DNA of 64,000 nucleotides, taken from NCBI GenBank assembly GCA_963666985.2, contig CAXXIA010000002.1:2912001-2976000 (forward strand). Direction: 5' to 3'. Made by a program: the position numbers and the translations under genes. The DNA comes from Spirochaetia bacterium. Lineage in GTDB: Bacteria > Spirochaetota > Spirochaetia > DSM-2461. Of the stretch, positions 28,862-39,362 are shown one piece after another (the stretch's first letter is position 1; every line of letters begins with the position of its first letter). The notes beneath the pieces were generated by a model, which was not told where the DNA came from, did not search any database, and worked only from the letters and a program-made list of their open reading frames with translations.

Positions 28862-30287
28862 TTTTGAGTATGGAGAAGGCTATTTACGTGCTGAATTGCC
28901 GGATGATACAGATGTTTTTATCCCCGGAGATACTATTCCTGATCCGGAACGAATATCGGAAGATAAAATAGTTGAGGAGACTCGCCGGTCCATACAAAAT
29001 CCTATTGGAATGAAGCCGATTAAAGAACTTGTCTGTAAAGGATCAAAAGTCTGCATCGTCTTTCCGGATCGTGTAAAAGGTGGATTCCAACCGTCAAGTC
29101 ACCGAAAGACTTCAATTCCTATAATTCTTGAAGAACTGAAAAAAGCAGGGGTGTGTAAAGAGGATATTCTTCTTATTTGTTCAAACGGTCTGCATCGCAA
29201 GAATACGAAGAAAGAAATTAACGCAATATTAGGTGATGTAATTTTTAATGATTTTTGGTGGAACAATCAGATTATCAACCATGACAGCGAGGACTACGAT
29301 AATCTGGTAGATCTTGGAACGGATGAAGATGGTAATCCGGTTATTATCAACAGGTATGTGTATGAAAGCGATTTAACAGTCTGTATCGGCCATACGCTTG
29401 GGAATCCTTATGGAGGTTATTCAGGAGGATATAAGCATACTGCAACAGGAATTACACATTGGAAGTCTATAGCGAGCCATCATGTTCCCGATGTCATGCA
29501 TCGAGAGGACTTCGTACCTGTCAGTTCTTCATCATTGATGCGTAGAAAGTTCGATACAATCAGCATGCATATGGAAAAACGCATGAATAAGAAGTTTTTC
29601 ATGTGTGACGCTGTTCTTGATACTAACTCCAATCAAATAGCTGTTTTTTCCGGCTATGGACGAGAGATGCAACCCATGTCTTGGGAAGTGGCCGATATGA
29701 GAACGTATGTTCCTTTTGCTGAGAAGAAATATGATGTAATGATTTTCGGCATGCCTCAAAATTTTCATTATGGGAATGGTATGGGAACGAATCCGATCTT
29801 TATTATGCAGGCCGCATCAGCTCAAATAATACGACATAAACGGATTATGAATGAGAACTGTGTCATGATTTTTTCTTCAATCTGCAATGGATATTTTCAT
29901 GATCAGGAATTCCCATCCTATAGGGAAACTTATGAATTGTTTCAGCAGGATTATCATAATGTGTTACCCGACATGGCGGAACATGGACCGGCATTCGCGC
30001 ATAGGTCGGAATTCATAGATGCATATAGATATAACTATGCCTATCATCCTTATCATGCGTTCTCAATGATGAGTTGCGGACATTTGGCGGAGAAATATTG
30101 TTCTGCCGTATATTGTGTCGGTGCTTATGAACCCGGTATTGCAAGAGGTATGGGGCTAAAAACACGATCCACTTTCGAAGAGGCTTTAAAAGATGCGCAG
30201 AAATATGTCGGAGCTACACCGCATATTCTGGCTCTGCCCAAAGCATTTCGGACAGCTTCGGTTCATCTTTGTCTGAAGGATGGATAA
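28848..30287 (+). CDS. Lactate racemase (LarA)-superfamily 2-hydroxyacid racemase/epimerase
   Basis: PDR, GLHR, NHD, GH...GGYSGGYK and SHH motifs of the LarA domain. Confidence 0.8.
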   Translation: MKYIDFEYGEGYLRAELPDDTDVFIPGDTIPDPERISEDKIVEETRRSIQNPIGMKPIKELVCKGSKVCIVFPDRVKGGFQPSSHRKTSIPIILEELKKAGVCKEDILLICSNGLHRKNTKKEINAILGDVIFNDFWWNNQIINHDSEDYDNLVDLGTDEDGNPVIINRYVYESDLTVCIGHTLGNPYGGYSGGYKHTATGITHWKSIASHHVPDVMHREDFVPVSSSSLMRRKFDTISMHMEKRMNKKFFMCDAVLDTNSNQIAVFSGYGREMQPMSWEVADMRTYVPFAEKKYDVMIFGMPQNFHYGNGMGTNPIFIMQAASAQIIRHKRIMNENCVMIFSSICNGYFHDQEFPSYRETYELFQQDYHNVLPDMAEHGPAFAHRSEFIDAYRYNYAYHPYHAFSMMSCGHLAEKYCSAVYCVGAYEPGIARGMGLKTRSTFEEALKDAQKYVGATPHILALPKAFRTASVHLCLKDG

Positions 30288-30351
30288 TTCATAAGATACG
30301 AGGACCCTGCGGAGACTTCTTTTTCGGCACTGCATTTGTTTGGAAAGAAAG

Positions 30352-30377
30352 CTTGCCGGTTCTGATGAACCGGCAAG
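30352..30377. terminator. Perfect 11-bp stem-loop between convergent operons
   Basis: CTTGCCGGTTC-tgat-GAACCGGCAAG. Confidence 0.6.
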
Positions 30378-30406
30378 TGCCACATTCCGTTCATTTCATT
30401 TGCGCC

Positions 30407-30717
30407 TCAGTCGCTTCCCGGCCCTTACGGACCAGGAAGTGCCTAAGAACGCTCGGCTATGGATTAACAAGCTAATCCGCAAGCCCTCGCTTAGTCATCC
30501 TGGACTCCTAACGGACTCCAGGCGCCTTGCGTCGCTCGAAAATGGTCGAATCTCACGACTCGATTTTTTCGCTCGCTATCCTAGGGAAATGCGCCGGTGA
30601 ATCGCCGCACTTCTCTCGTTTCACTCGTAGATCAGTCACTTCCCGGCCCTTACGGACCAGGAAGTGCCTAAGAACGCTCGGCTATGGATTAACAAGCTAA
30701 TCCGCAGCCCTCGCTTA
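30407..30717 (-). repeat. Structured element with two near-identical ~87-bp direct repeats (30407-30493, 30632-30717)
   Basis: Copies differ by one substitution and one indel; units and spacer form hairpins. Confidence 0.85.
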
Positions 30718-30719
30718 TC

Positions 30720-31826
30720 TTAGTCGTAAAGCAGAGGAGCGATGTCGGCCTGATCCATGTTCTCCGAGGTGTAATACTTCGCGCCGGTGTCGACGTCGGA
30801 GACCGATTCACCCTTGTAGGCCTTGTAGGCCAGTTCCACGGCTTTGTAGCCGATGGAGTAGGGATCTTGAGTGATGGAACCGACGAAGAGGCCCTTGCGG
30901 ACGGCGTTCTTCTGGCCGGCGCCCGCGTCGTAGCCGATAACCACGAGACCCTTGTACTTGGAGGCCAAGTCGGCGCCGTCGTTGGTGGCGGCGAGAAGAC
31001 CTTTAACGGTGGCTTCATTGGAGCAGAATACGCCGAGGATGCGGTCGCCGGCGACTTTGTTCAGCATGGCCGAAGCCGAAGCGGCGGCATCGGTATTGGC
31101 GGCCGAGGCCGGAACGATCATTTCGATGAAGACTTTCTTTCCGGAAGTAGGACTGTTGGAGGCGATGTAGGCCGGGTTGCCGATGACGGCGATGTCGGCC
31201 TTGGAAAGAGCGGTATTCTTGTCGATGAGGTCCACCATGTTGTCACGGAAGCCTTTACCGCGGCTGAGCAGGGATTCGCCCGAAGCGTCCTGGTTCAGAA
31301 CCACGATTTTCACGGGGGCGGCCGCTGTAGCCGCTTCGATGCTGCCTTTGATGATTTCGAACATCTTCTGAGCGGCCAGTCCGGCGGCGGCATAGTTATC
31401 GGTGGACGCGTTTGCCACGATGGAGCCGGCGGGAGCTTCGGGAACGCCCGAGTCGAAACCGACGACCGGAATGCCTTTGCTCTTCAATTCCTCGAGCTGG
31501 TCGATGACGGATGTTGTGCTGAGCGCGGCCAGGGCGATGGCCACGGGGGCTTTCGCCATGGCGTTGTTGAGCATTTCAACCTGGATCTGAACGTCGGATT
31601 CGGAGGGCGGACCCTCGAATGTAACGTCGACGCTGTAGTCGGCGGCCGCGTCCATGGAGCCTCGTTTAACCTGCTGCCAGAAATCGTGCTGCTCGCCTTT
31701 GGACACGACGGCGATGTAGGGCTTGCCTCCCTTGTCTGCGGCCGGCTTTTCTTCTTTTTTGCAGCCGATGAATGCGGTTGTGGCCACGAGGGCCATTGCG
31801 AGAAGTATGAGAATAACTTTCTTCAT
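30720..31826 (-). CDS. Monosaccharide ABC transporter substrate-binding lipoprotein (RbsB-like)
   Basis: Lipobox FIGC; SKG.QHDFWQ, GFDS, TDNY, GYD, TQDPY. Confidence 0.9.
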   Translation of the reverse strand: MKKVILILLAMALVATTAFIGCKKEEKPAADKGGKPYIAVVSKGEQHDFWQQVKRGSMDAAADYSVDVTFEGPPSESDVQIQVEMLNNAMAKAPVAIALAALSTTSVIDQLEELKSKGIPVVGFDSGVPEAPAGSIVANASTDNYAAAGLAAQKMFEIIKGSIEAATAAAPVKIVVLNQDASGESLLSRGKGFRDNMVDLIDKNTALSKADIAVIGNPAYIASNSPTSGKKVFIEMIVPASAANTDAAASASAMLNKVAGDRILGVFCSNEATVKGLLAATNDGADLASKYKGLVVIGYDAGAGQKNAVRKGLFVGSITQDPYSIGYKAVELAYKAYKGESVSDVDTGAKYYTSENMDQADIAPLLYD

Positions 31827-32004
31827 ACTGTCCTCCTTTTCATTTGTATCGGGATTCGGCGGTACCGGATTCCGACTTACCCGGCCGACGGCCGGGCCGT
31901 TTTCAATTTTGATGAGCGGCTTTTCCTTACCACCCCGTTCGGCAGCTCTCCCGCCGCCGAACAGGCTCCTGATTCCCGCACTGCCGGGGTGCGGCTGAAA
32001 CGAT

Positions 32005-33255
32005 CTAGATTTCCTTCTGCTCCTGGTGAAAAGCCTTTTCGGCGGCTTTTTCTTCGGCGAGTATCCGTTTGAGTTCGGCCTTTTCTTCAGCCTTCATCCG
32101 GGCGTAAGTTGATTTCATTTCCGCTTTTGTTTCCGATATCTCTTTCTTCTTTTTGGCGGCGGCCTCTCCGCCGAGTCCCGCCAGTTCTTCCTTCAGCCGC
32201 GCGAGTTTCACCAGTTCTCCGTTCCGATAGGCGGCCGCCGGGGTGAGAACTTTTACCTCGGAAGCTTTCTTGTTCCGGTATTGGTCGAGAAGCACGGCGC
32301 CGATAACGACCACACCGGTGAAGAAGGTCTGGTAATGAGCCTGCAGATCCATGGAGGGCAGTCCCACGCGGAGGATGCTCATGATGTACACGCCGATAAG
32401 GGTGCCGGAGATGGTTCCCATTCCGCCGGAAAGGGAGGTTCCGCCGATAACGGCTCCCGCGATGGCGTAGAGTTCGAATCCGGCGCCTTGAGCCGGCATA
32501 ACGGTGGTGTAAACCGCGGCGAAGGCGATGCCGCCGAAACCGGCCATAATGCCGCTGACCACATAGGCCATCAGTTCCCATTTCCGAACGTTTACTCCGG
32601 AAAGCCGGGCGGCTTCCTTGTTGGAACCGACGGCGAAAATGTAGCGGCCCATTTTTGTTTTTGTCAGAATCAGGGCGCAGATGACGGCGACGACGATGAG
32701 AATCATGAACCCCGTGGGAATGGTCGTCCCGTCATCACCGAGGTACTTGAACATGCTTTTAAACCAGCCGTCCGCCTCGGATCGGGTGGGGAAGGTGGCG
32801 CTCCGTACGTTCGAGACGATGGAACCGAGACCTTTGGAGATCATCATGGTTCCGAGCGTTGCGATGAAGGGAGGAAGCTTCCACCAGGCCACCATGATTC
32901 CGTTGACGATGCCGAAGAGTGTCGCCACCACCATAATCAGCACCAGGGAGAGCCACATGGACCATCCCCAGGTTTTATAGGCCGTGCCGCCGATGATGGC
33001 CGCGCACATCATGATGGTTCCGCAGCTGAGGTCGATGCCGCCGGTGATGATGACGAAGGTGACGCCGATGGCGATGAAGCCGATATAATACGAGGCGTCC
33101 AGAATGTTGATCAGCGAAACGTACGAGAAGAAATTTCTTCCGAAGATGCCGAAGAAGATGTAGAGGATTAGCAAAGCGGCGGGGGCCAGGAATTTCAGCA
33201 GCCCGATTTCCCGAATTTTGTCGCCCATGCTTTTTCGAATACCGATATCGCTCAT
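32005..33255 (-). CDS. Sugar ABC transporter permease with C-terminal coiled-coil extension
   Basis: GGIDLS, PPFIATLG, GSNKEAARLSG, IGGTSLSGG. Confidence 0.9.
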   Translation of the reverse strand: MSDIGIRKSMGDKIREIGLLKFLAPAALLILYIFFGIFGRNFFSYVSLINILDASYYIGFIAIGVTFVIITGGIDLSCGTIMMCAAIIGGTAYKTWGWSMWLSLVLIMVVATLFGIVNGIMVAWWKLPPFIATLGTMMISKGLGSIVSNVRSATFPTRSEADGWFKSMFKYLGDDGTTIPTGFMILIVVAVICALILTKTKMGRYIFAVGSNKEAARLSGVNVRKWELMAYVVSGIMAGFGGIAFAAVYTTVMPAQGAGFELYAIAGAVIGGTSLSGGMGTISGTLIGVYIMSILRVGLPSMDLQAHYQTFFTGVVVIGAVLLDQYRNKKASEVKVLTPAAAYRNGELVKLARLKEELAGLGGEAAAKKKKEISETKAEMKSTYARMKAEEKAELKRILAEEKAAEKAFHQEQKEI

Positions 33256-33275
33256 GATTGTTATTTCTCCCGTTC

Positions 33276-34778
33276 TTACGCCGACTCACGCATGGTGGCG
33301 AATTTCATGATTTTTTCCTGACTGGCTCCCTCGATATCGAGTTCGCCGGTTACCCGCCCTTCGCACATCACCACGATGCGGTCGCTCATGCGGAGCACCT
33401 CGGGCAGTTCCGAGGAAATCATGATGATGGATTTTCCTTGTGCCGCCAGTTCGTTCATCAGGGTGTAGATTTCACTCTTGGCGCCGACGTCGATGCCGCG
33501 GGTGGGCTCGTCGAAAATGAGAATTTCCGCGTCGTTTATAAGCCATTTCGCGACGACCACTTTCTGCTGATTCCCGCCCGAGAGATTCTTCAGAAGCTGA
33601 TCCAGCGAGGGAGTTTTAATGCTCAGCATTTTGACGTATTCGTCGGTAATCTCCCGGACTCTGGCGGCGTGGATAAAGACGCCTCTTTCGTATTTATCGT
33701 AGGAGGCCATCAGGGAGTTTTCGATAACGTTCAAGCCGACGGCCAGTCCGAATCGTTTGCGGTCTTCCGAAAGGTATCCGATTCCGTGGTTTACGGCGTC
33801 TATGGGGCTGGTGATTTTAACGGGTCTGCCTTTCACTTTGATGGTGCCGCTTTGAATCTCATCGGCGCCGAAAATGGCGCGGGCTGTTTCGGTGCGGCCG
33901 GCGCCCATAAGACCGGCGAATCCGAGTATTTCACCCCGGCGCAGATAAAAGCCGACGTCTTTCACCAATTTCCCGGCATTCAGATTGCGGACTTCGAGAA
34001 CCACTTCGGCGTCCGGCTTAACGTTGCTTCTCTCCTTGGGCTTCTCGTAAATGATTCGGCCGACCATCATGTTGATGATGTCTTCCTTGGTTGTTTTCTC
34101 CGTGTCGCTGGTTCCGACGTATTCGCCGTCGCGCATTACGGTAACCCGGTCGGTAATCCGGCCGATTTCATCCATTCGGTGGGAAATGTAAATCATCGCC
34201 ACGCCTTTGGAGGCCAAATCCCGCATGATGACAAAGAGTTCTTCGATTTCCGTTTCCGTCAGCGCCGCCGTGGGTTCGTCCAGGATGAGCACCTTCAAAT
34301 GATGGGAAACGGCTTTGGCGATTTCCACCATTTGCTGTTTTCCAATGGTCAGACGGCTCAGGGTTTCGGCCGGATTGATGTTCATGTTGAGCCGATCGAA
34401 GAGTGCCTCGGCCCGTTTGTTCTGGCGTTTTTCGTCAAGGAAAAGTCCGCCCTTCATGGACTCGCGTCCGATGAAGATGTTCTGGGCCACCGTGAGATGC
34501 TCCATCATGTTGAGTTCCTGATGGATAATGCCGACGCCGGCGTTAAGTGCCTGTTTCGGATTGTGCGGATGAAACAGCTTTCCCTGGAAATGGATTTCGC
34601 CGGAGTCTTTTTCGTAAATGCCGGTGAGGACTTTCATCAGGGTGGATTTTCCGGCCCCGTTTTCGCCTACCAGGGCATGAATTTCTCCGGCCCGAAGTTC
34701 GAAATCCACGCCTTTAAGGGCATGGACTCCCATGAATCGTTTATGGATGTTCTTCATCGAAAGGACGATTTCGCCCAA
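33276..34778 (-). CDS. Sugar ABC transporter ATP-binding protein (RbsA/MglA type)
   Basis: GENGAGKS, LDEPT, LSGGNQQK, DEPTRGIDVGAK. Confidence 0.93.
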   Translation of the reverse strand: MGEIVLSMKNIHKRFMGVHALKGVDFELRAGEIHALVGENGAGKSTLMKVLTGIYEKDSGEIHFQGKLFHPHNPKQALNAGVGIIHQELNMMEHLTVAQNIFIGRESMKGGLFLDEKRQNKRAEALFDRLNMNINPAETLSRLTIGKQQMVEIAKAVSHHLKVLILDEPTAALTETEIEELFVIMRDLASKGVAMIYISHRMDEIGRITDRVTVMRDGEYVGTSDTEKTTKEDIINMMVGRIIYEKPKERSNVKPDAEVVLEVRNLNAGKLVKDVGFYLRRGEILGFAGLMGAGRTETARAIFGADEIQSGTIKVKGRPVKITSPIDAVNHGIGYLSEDRKRFGLAVGLNVIENSLMASYDKYERGVFIHAARVREITDEYVKMLSIKTPSLDQLLKNLSGGNQQKVVVAKWLINDAEILIFDEPTRGIDVGAKSEIYTLMNELAAQGKSIIMISSELPEVLRMSDRIVVMCEGRVTGELDIEGASQEKIMKFATMRESA

Positions 34779-34914
34779 TACGTCCCCCTTGTCGGATGAG
34801 CACGGTATCGCCTTCGCGGTTGGCGATTCGGCTTGTCGTGAGTCTATTATCCGACCGGTTTTAGTGAACGCGAAATCGAGAATATTACGATGATTGTTGA
34901 AAAACGTCCGGCGG

Positions 34915-35902
34915 TTACTCGTTTACCGGAAACAGCAGTTCCTGATACTCCCGCTGGAACATGTTTTTCTGCGGTAATAAGAACCGATCCTGTGTCGATG
35001 ATCGGCTGCACTTCGTGCCCCTTCAGATATTCCACGGCCGTGAGAACGGACATGTAGCCCATGTTGTACGGCCGCTGCACCACCAGCGCGTCGATCACGC
35101 CCGTTTCCAGGAAAGCCAGTTCCTTGGGCGCGTTGTCGAATCCGACCACGAAAATCCGTTCGGCGGCGCCCGCGTCGGCTACGGCCTGTCCCGCGCCCAA
35201 AGCGACGATTTCATTGAGCGCCACGATTCCTTTAATCGACGGAATCTTCAGGATTTCCATCGTGTTTTCGTAAGCGATACTCTCGTCGATTTCACAGAAC
35301 CAGGTACCCGCCACCGTACTCATGGGCAGAGTCTGCCGAACGCCCGCCTCCCTCTCGATGGCGGTGGCCGTTTCCCGGCTGTGGCTGACGATGGCCACGG
35401 AAGCGGGTTCGGGATTCTCCAAAAGCCGCGCAATCTCCCCTCCGGCCTTAACTCCGGCCTGAAGATTGTCGGTTGCTATGAAGGAAACCGGATAGGAGGA
35501 GTTCACGCCCGAGTCCAGAGTGATAACGGGGATATTCTTTTCGGCCGCTTTTTTTAAAGGCTCGGCCAAAAGGTAATAATCCGAAGCCGCCAGGATGATG
35601 AGCGGGGGATCTTCTTCGATAACGCGCTGTAGGATATTCAGCTGCCGATTAATCTGTTTTTCATGGTCGGGACCCGTGATGACAACTTCGACGCCGAATT
35701 CCTTGGCGGCTTCTTTCATGCCTTCCTGTGCCACGTTCCAGAAATTCATGGGCTGGCCTGTAACGGTCGCTTTAAAAATCGCCACGATGGGTTTGTCCAG
35801 GTTCAATTCGTCGGATTTCCCCGGCTCCAGGGAAAAAGTCAGCACAAGAAAGAGCGTCAGAGCGAGGATGAGGCCGCCGAGAAAAAAAAGGAAGTACTTC
35901 AT
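34915..35902 (-). CDS. Membrane-anchored sugar-binding protein associated with the two-component system (one +1 frameshift near the 3' end)
   Basis: RbsB-like fold; removing one base from the run at 34964-34968 gives ...ITAENMFQREYQELLFPVNE-stop. Confidence 0.8.
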
Positions 35903-37675
35903 GCCGTTTCGCTCCTTTCGGCGGGAAGGCGAATGGTGATGACGGTGCCTTTTCCCGCTCCGCTGTCGTAGGTGAGTCCGTATTCCCTGCCGAAGTAGAG
36001 CCGGATGCGTTCGTGAACATTGCGGATACCCGTTCCTTCCCGTCTCTGCGGATCGGGTTCTTCCTCGTCGTCAACACTGTTGAGCATCGCCGCCAGCTGC
36101 CGAACGTCCATGCCTTCTCCGTTGTCTTTTACGGTGAGAATCAAGGAGTTTCCGTTCCGGCTTCCTCTGATTTCGATAAGCCCTTCGTAATCGACGCTGC
36201 GGATTCCGTGGTAGATGGCGTTTTCCACCAGCGGCTGGAGGGTGATTTTGAGCACGGAAAGATCCAGAAGGTCTTCGGAAATATCGATCAGGTAGCGGAA
36301 CTTGTTTTTATAGCGCATTTCCTGGATGGTCAGATAGGAGCGGACATGTTCGAGTTCGTCGCGCAGGGAAATGATTTCATGCCCTTTGCTGATGGAAATG
36401 CGGAAAAGGCGCGAGAGCGCGGAGGTCATTTTAACGACTTCTTCGTGCTTTTCCATTTCGCCCATCCAGATGATGGAGTCCAGCGTGTTATAAAGGAAGT
36501 GGGGATTAATTTGCGCCTGCAGCGCTTTGAGATCGCTTTTTCTTTTAAGCTCCTGTTCCCGAATGTTTTCTTCCATGAGTTCCCCGATGCGGCCCACCAT
36601 CAGATCGTATTCTTTCGCCAGTTCACGAATCTCATCGGTGGCTTCCAGTTCTCCGGCCTTCTTGAAATCACCGGTTTCAACGCTTCTCATGACGAATTGG
36701 AGCTGCCTGAGCGGCTTCGTGATGCCTTTGGTGATGAGGTTGGTCGCCAGACCGACGATGATGAAAAGGATCAGCCCGACCAGGGCGTTCATCATTTGGA
36801 CATAAGGGCCGCCGGTTACCAAATCGCTGTCGTAGGAAACACTGACCACGTACCATCCCGTGCTGGCCGATTCCGCGGCGATATAATTGCGCCCTTTCGT
36901 TCTTAAGAGGGGTTTTTCGGTATTGAGGGTTTTCCCGGACGGCGGCGATCGGTTCCTGTTTAATTTCACTGTAAACGAGCTGCTGTGACGGATGGAACAC
37001 ATAATTTCCGAATTTGTCGATGATGAAGTCGTATCCCTTTCGGCCGATTACCAGCGATTCGCAGAGTTCCTTAATGCGATTGAATTTCAAATCAACGAGG
37101 AGAACTCCCGCCGGAGAACCGTCGTCTCCGAAGATTTCGGTGCTCAGCGAAACAACCCAGGAGTACCGGCCCGGGACAAGGTTTTGAACGTACGCCGTCG
37201 AGGCGACTGTTTTTCCTCCGGCCTTCAGGGTTTCGCGATACCATGCGGCGTTTTGATAATCCGAGAATTCGGCGGGATCGGTGCCGTCGCCGCAGACGGC
37301 GTCTCCATCGCCGCGAAAAAGGATGATGGAGGAAATGTCGTCACGGGCTTTGATATAAGAGGCCAGTCGTTCTTCCAGGATACGGCGCGGATCGGTATCG
37401 GTGTCGAAGGATTTCGAGGTAAGAAACGCCCTGGCATCCTTGTCGTCGATAACCGCGCGGGTGATTCGTTCCATACCGGCGATGTAGCTGTCGATTTGTT
37501 CCACAAGCTCTCCGAGCAGCAGGCGATTGTTTTCCAGAGCGGCGTTTCGTACCGAACTGATGGTGAAGCGCGTGGAAATTATCTGCATGGTGAGAATGGT
37601 GCTGAAGAAAATCAGTGTGAAAATGAGGTAGAACCGGGATTCCAATGTTCCGAAACGGCGCAGCAGATGCGGCAT
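35899..37675 (-). CDS. Sensor histidine kinase (YesM/LytS type; Cache and HAMP), one +1 frameshift near 36930
   Basis: Split over two ORFs; LQAQINPHFLYNTL, LQPLVENAIYHG, DNGEGM; span is 3n+1. Confidence 0.85.
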
Positions 37676-39249
37676 CAGCGTTCCATCTCCCTGCGATATT
37701 CGGTCGTGGTGAATCCGGTGACTTTCTTGAAAATGCTTGAGAAATAGCGGGGATCCTGGTAGCCCACGGCCTCGGCCACCTCATAGCTCTTCATGTCCGT
37801 TGTTTTCAGCAGCCGTTTGGCTTCGTCTATGCGGGCTTCGGTGAGGTATTCCACGAATGTTCTGCCCGTTCCCTCTTTAAAGAGGGTGCTGAACTGACTG
37901 GTGCTGAGGTACAGTTCGGCGCAGATATCCCGAAGAGAGAAGCTTTTTTCAACGAAACGCCGGGCGATGATTCCTCGGGCTTTATCAATGCGTGAGTGGA
38001 CGGCGTCAAGCCGTCTTTTTCTGATATGTTCCTCGATGGAAAGGATTTGTTCCCTGTAGAAATTATGGGCCTCCGTGAGCCGGGCGAAACGCCGGGGTTC
38101 GGCGGTGAGGGAAAGATCGTTTAAAACTCCTTCGGAACCGAGATTCATTTCATCGACAAAATCCGAGAGATGGTATTGAAGCCGCGCCAGATAATCGACG
38201 ACATCCGAAGAGGTCAGATAGCTTTCATTGAAAAGAGCGAAGATGCTTTCAAGGGCCTCGACGGATGAACGGCCGACTCCTTCCCTCAGAGCCGTCATCA
38301 GGCGGCGTATGCGGCTGATGAACGCTTCCTGCGAAACACGGCTTTTTCGTCTGATATCCTCAATGGATTGAATTCGTGAAAGCCCCAGTATCTTTGCATG
38401 ATCTACGGCGGATCCGGCTCCCAGGTAGCTGCTGTTGACATCTTCGAGATGGTTTACGGTTTCTCCGATACCGATGATAACGGGTGTTTCCCCCAGAGAC
38501 AGAGCCGCGGCGAAGAGGTCTTCGGCGACGGAGTTTGCTCGTGTTTCCAGAGGCGCCTCTTCGGATTCTTGAAAAAGAATAACCAAGTCTTCGTTTCTAT
38601 TGCTGAACACCGCGTCACGGGTTTCGGTTTTTTCCTTGGCCTTTTCGGCCAGGGCCAGCCGCATGATTTCGTTCCATTCGTCCGGATAGCAGACGATCAT
38701 CGTTTTGCAGAATCCGCATTCGTTTTTCCAACCGAAGTACGGCAGACGGCGGTGTATATCCTCCGGATTTATTCTTCCCGAGACCAGGCGATAAAAAAAG
38801 CGCTCTCTGAGCAGAGGCAGACTCCGCTCCAGAAGCTCCTTCAGCCTCTCCCGCTCTTTCTCGGCTTCCGCGAACCTGTCGAGTTCGGTTTTCGTTCGTT
38901 CCAGAACATCGGTCAGTTCTTCGGCGGTGATGGGTTTAAGGAGAAACTCCTTAACCCGGTTCCTTACCGCTTCCTGGGCGTACTCGAATTCGTCGAATCC
39001 CGTTAGAAGCAGGATCTGTACCCGCGGGTGTGTTTCGGCCAGTTTCCGGCTGAGCGTAAGCCCGTCCATTTTCGGCATGCTGATGTCCGAAAGAACGACG
39101 TCCACTTCGTTCTCTTGAATAAACTCAAGCGCCGCCAGACCGTCGCCGAACACGCCGGTCAGTTCGAATCCGTTTTCGCCCCATCGGATGCGCGATGAGA
39201 TGCCTTCCCGGATAATGTCTTCGTCGTCGACGAAGATGAGCTTATACAC
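37675..39249 (-). CDS. Response regulator with AraC output domain (YesN type)
   Basis: VDDE, SDISMP, LLKP; C-terminal AraC HTH. Confidence 0.92.
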   Translation of the reverse strand: MYKLIFVDDEDIIREGISSRIRWGENGFELTGVFGDGLAALEFIQENEVDVVLSDISMPKMDGLTLSRKLAETHPRVQILLLTGFDEFEYAQEAVRNRVKEFLLKPITAEELTDVLERTKTELDRFAEAEKERERLKELLERSLPLLRERFFYRLVSGRINPEDIHRRLPYFGWKNECGFCKTMIVCYPDEWNEIMRLALAEKAKEKTETRDAVFSNRNEDLVILFQESEEAPLETRANSVAEDLFAAALSLGETPVIIGIGETVNHLEDVNSSYLGAGSAVDHAKILGLSRIQSIEDIRRKSRVSQEAFISRIRRLMTALREGVGRSSVEALESIFALFNESYLTSSDVVDYLARLQYHLSDFVDEMNLGSEGVLNDLSLTAEPRRFARLTEAHNFYREQILSIEEHIRKRRLDAVHSRIDKARGIIARRFVEKSFSLRDICAELYLSTSQFSTLFKEGTGRTFVEYLTEARIDEAKRLLKTTDMKSYEVAEAVGYQDPRYFSSIFKKVTGFTTTEYRREMER

Positions 39250-39362
39250 GCCGATACTCCCGATGGAACATCAGCATAACATATCAATCGCTTCGGCGGG
39301 TCAATCGATATTCGCCGAAGCCGTCTTGAGCCTATGCTCACCGCTTCGGCGGAGATCGGTTC

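Larger units (their letters stand above)
17566..30290. mobile_element. Putative horizontally acquired carbohydrate-catabolism island (no mobility genes seen)
   Basis: Visibly AT-richer than flanks with abrupt boundaries; self-contained regulator, transporter and enzymes. Confidence 0.55.

Noticed and set aside
30361..30400. Hammerhead ribozyme (CTGATGA core)
   Set aside because: No stem II followed by GAAA; the motif is just the loop region of a terminator-like hairpin.
17540..30420. Integrase-mediated island with att direct repeats
   Set aside because: No integrase, tRNA or matching flanking repeat found by eye; the island call rests on composition only.
30407..30717. CRISPR array or IS element
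   Set aside because: Only two ~87-bp copies, too long for CRISPR repeats; no transposase ORF or terminal inverted repeats.
30867..34799. Long + strand ORFs (30867-32072, 32281-33171, 33258-34799)
   Set aside because: Antisense shadows of GC-rich ABC transporter genes with no recognisable motifs.
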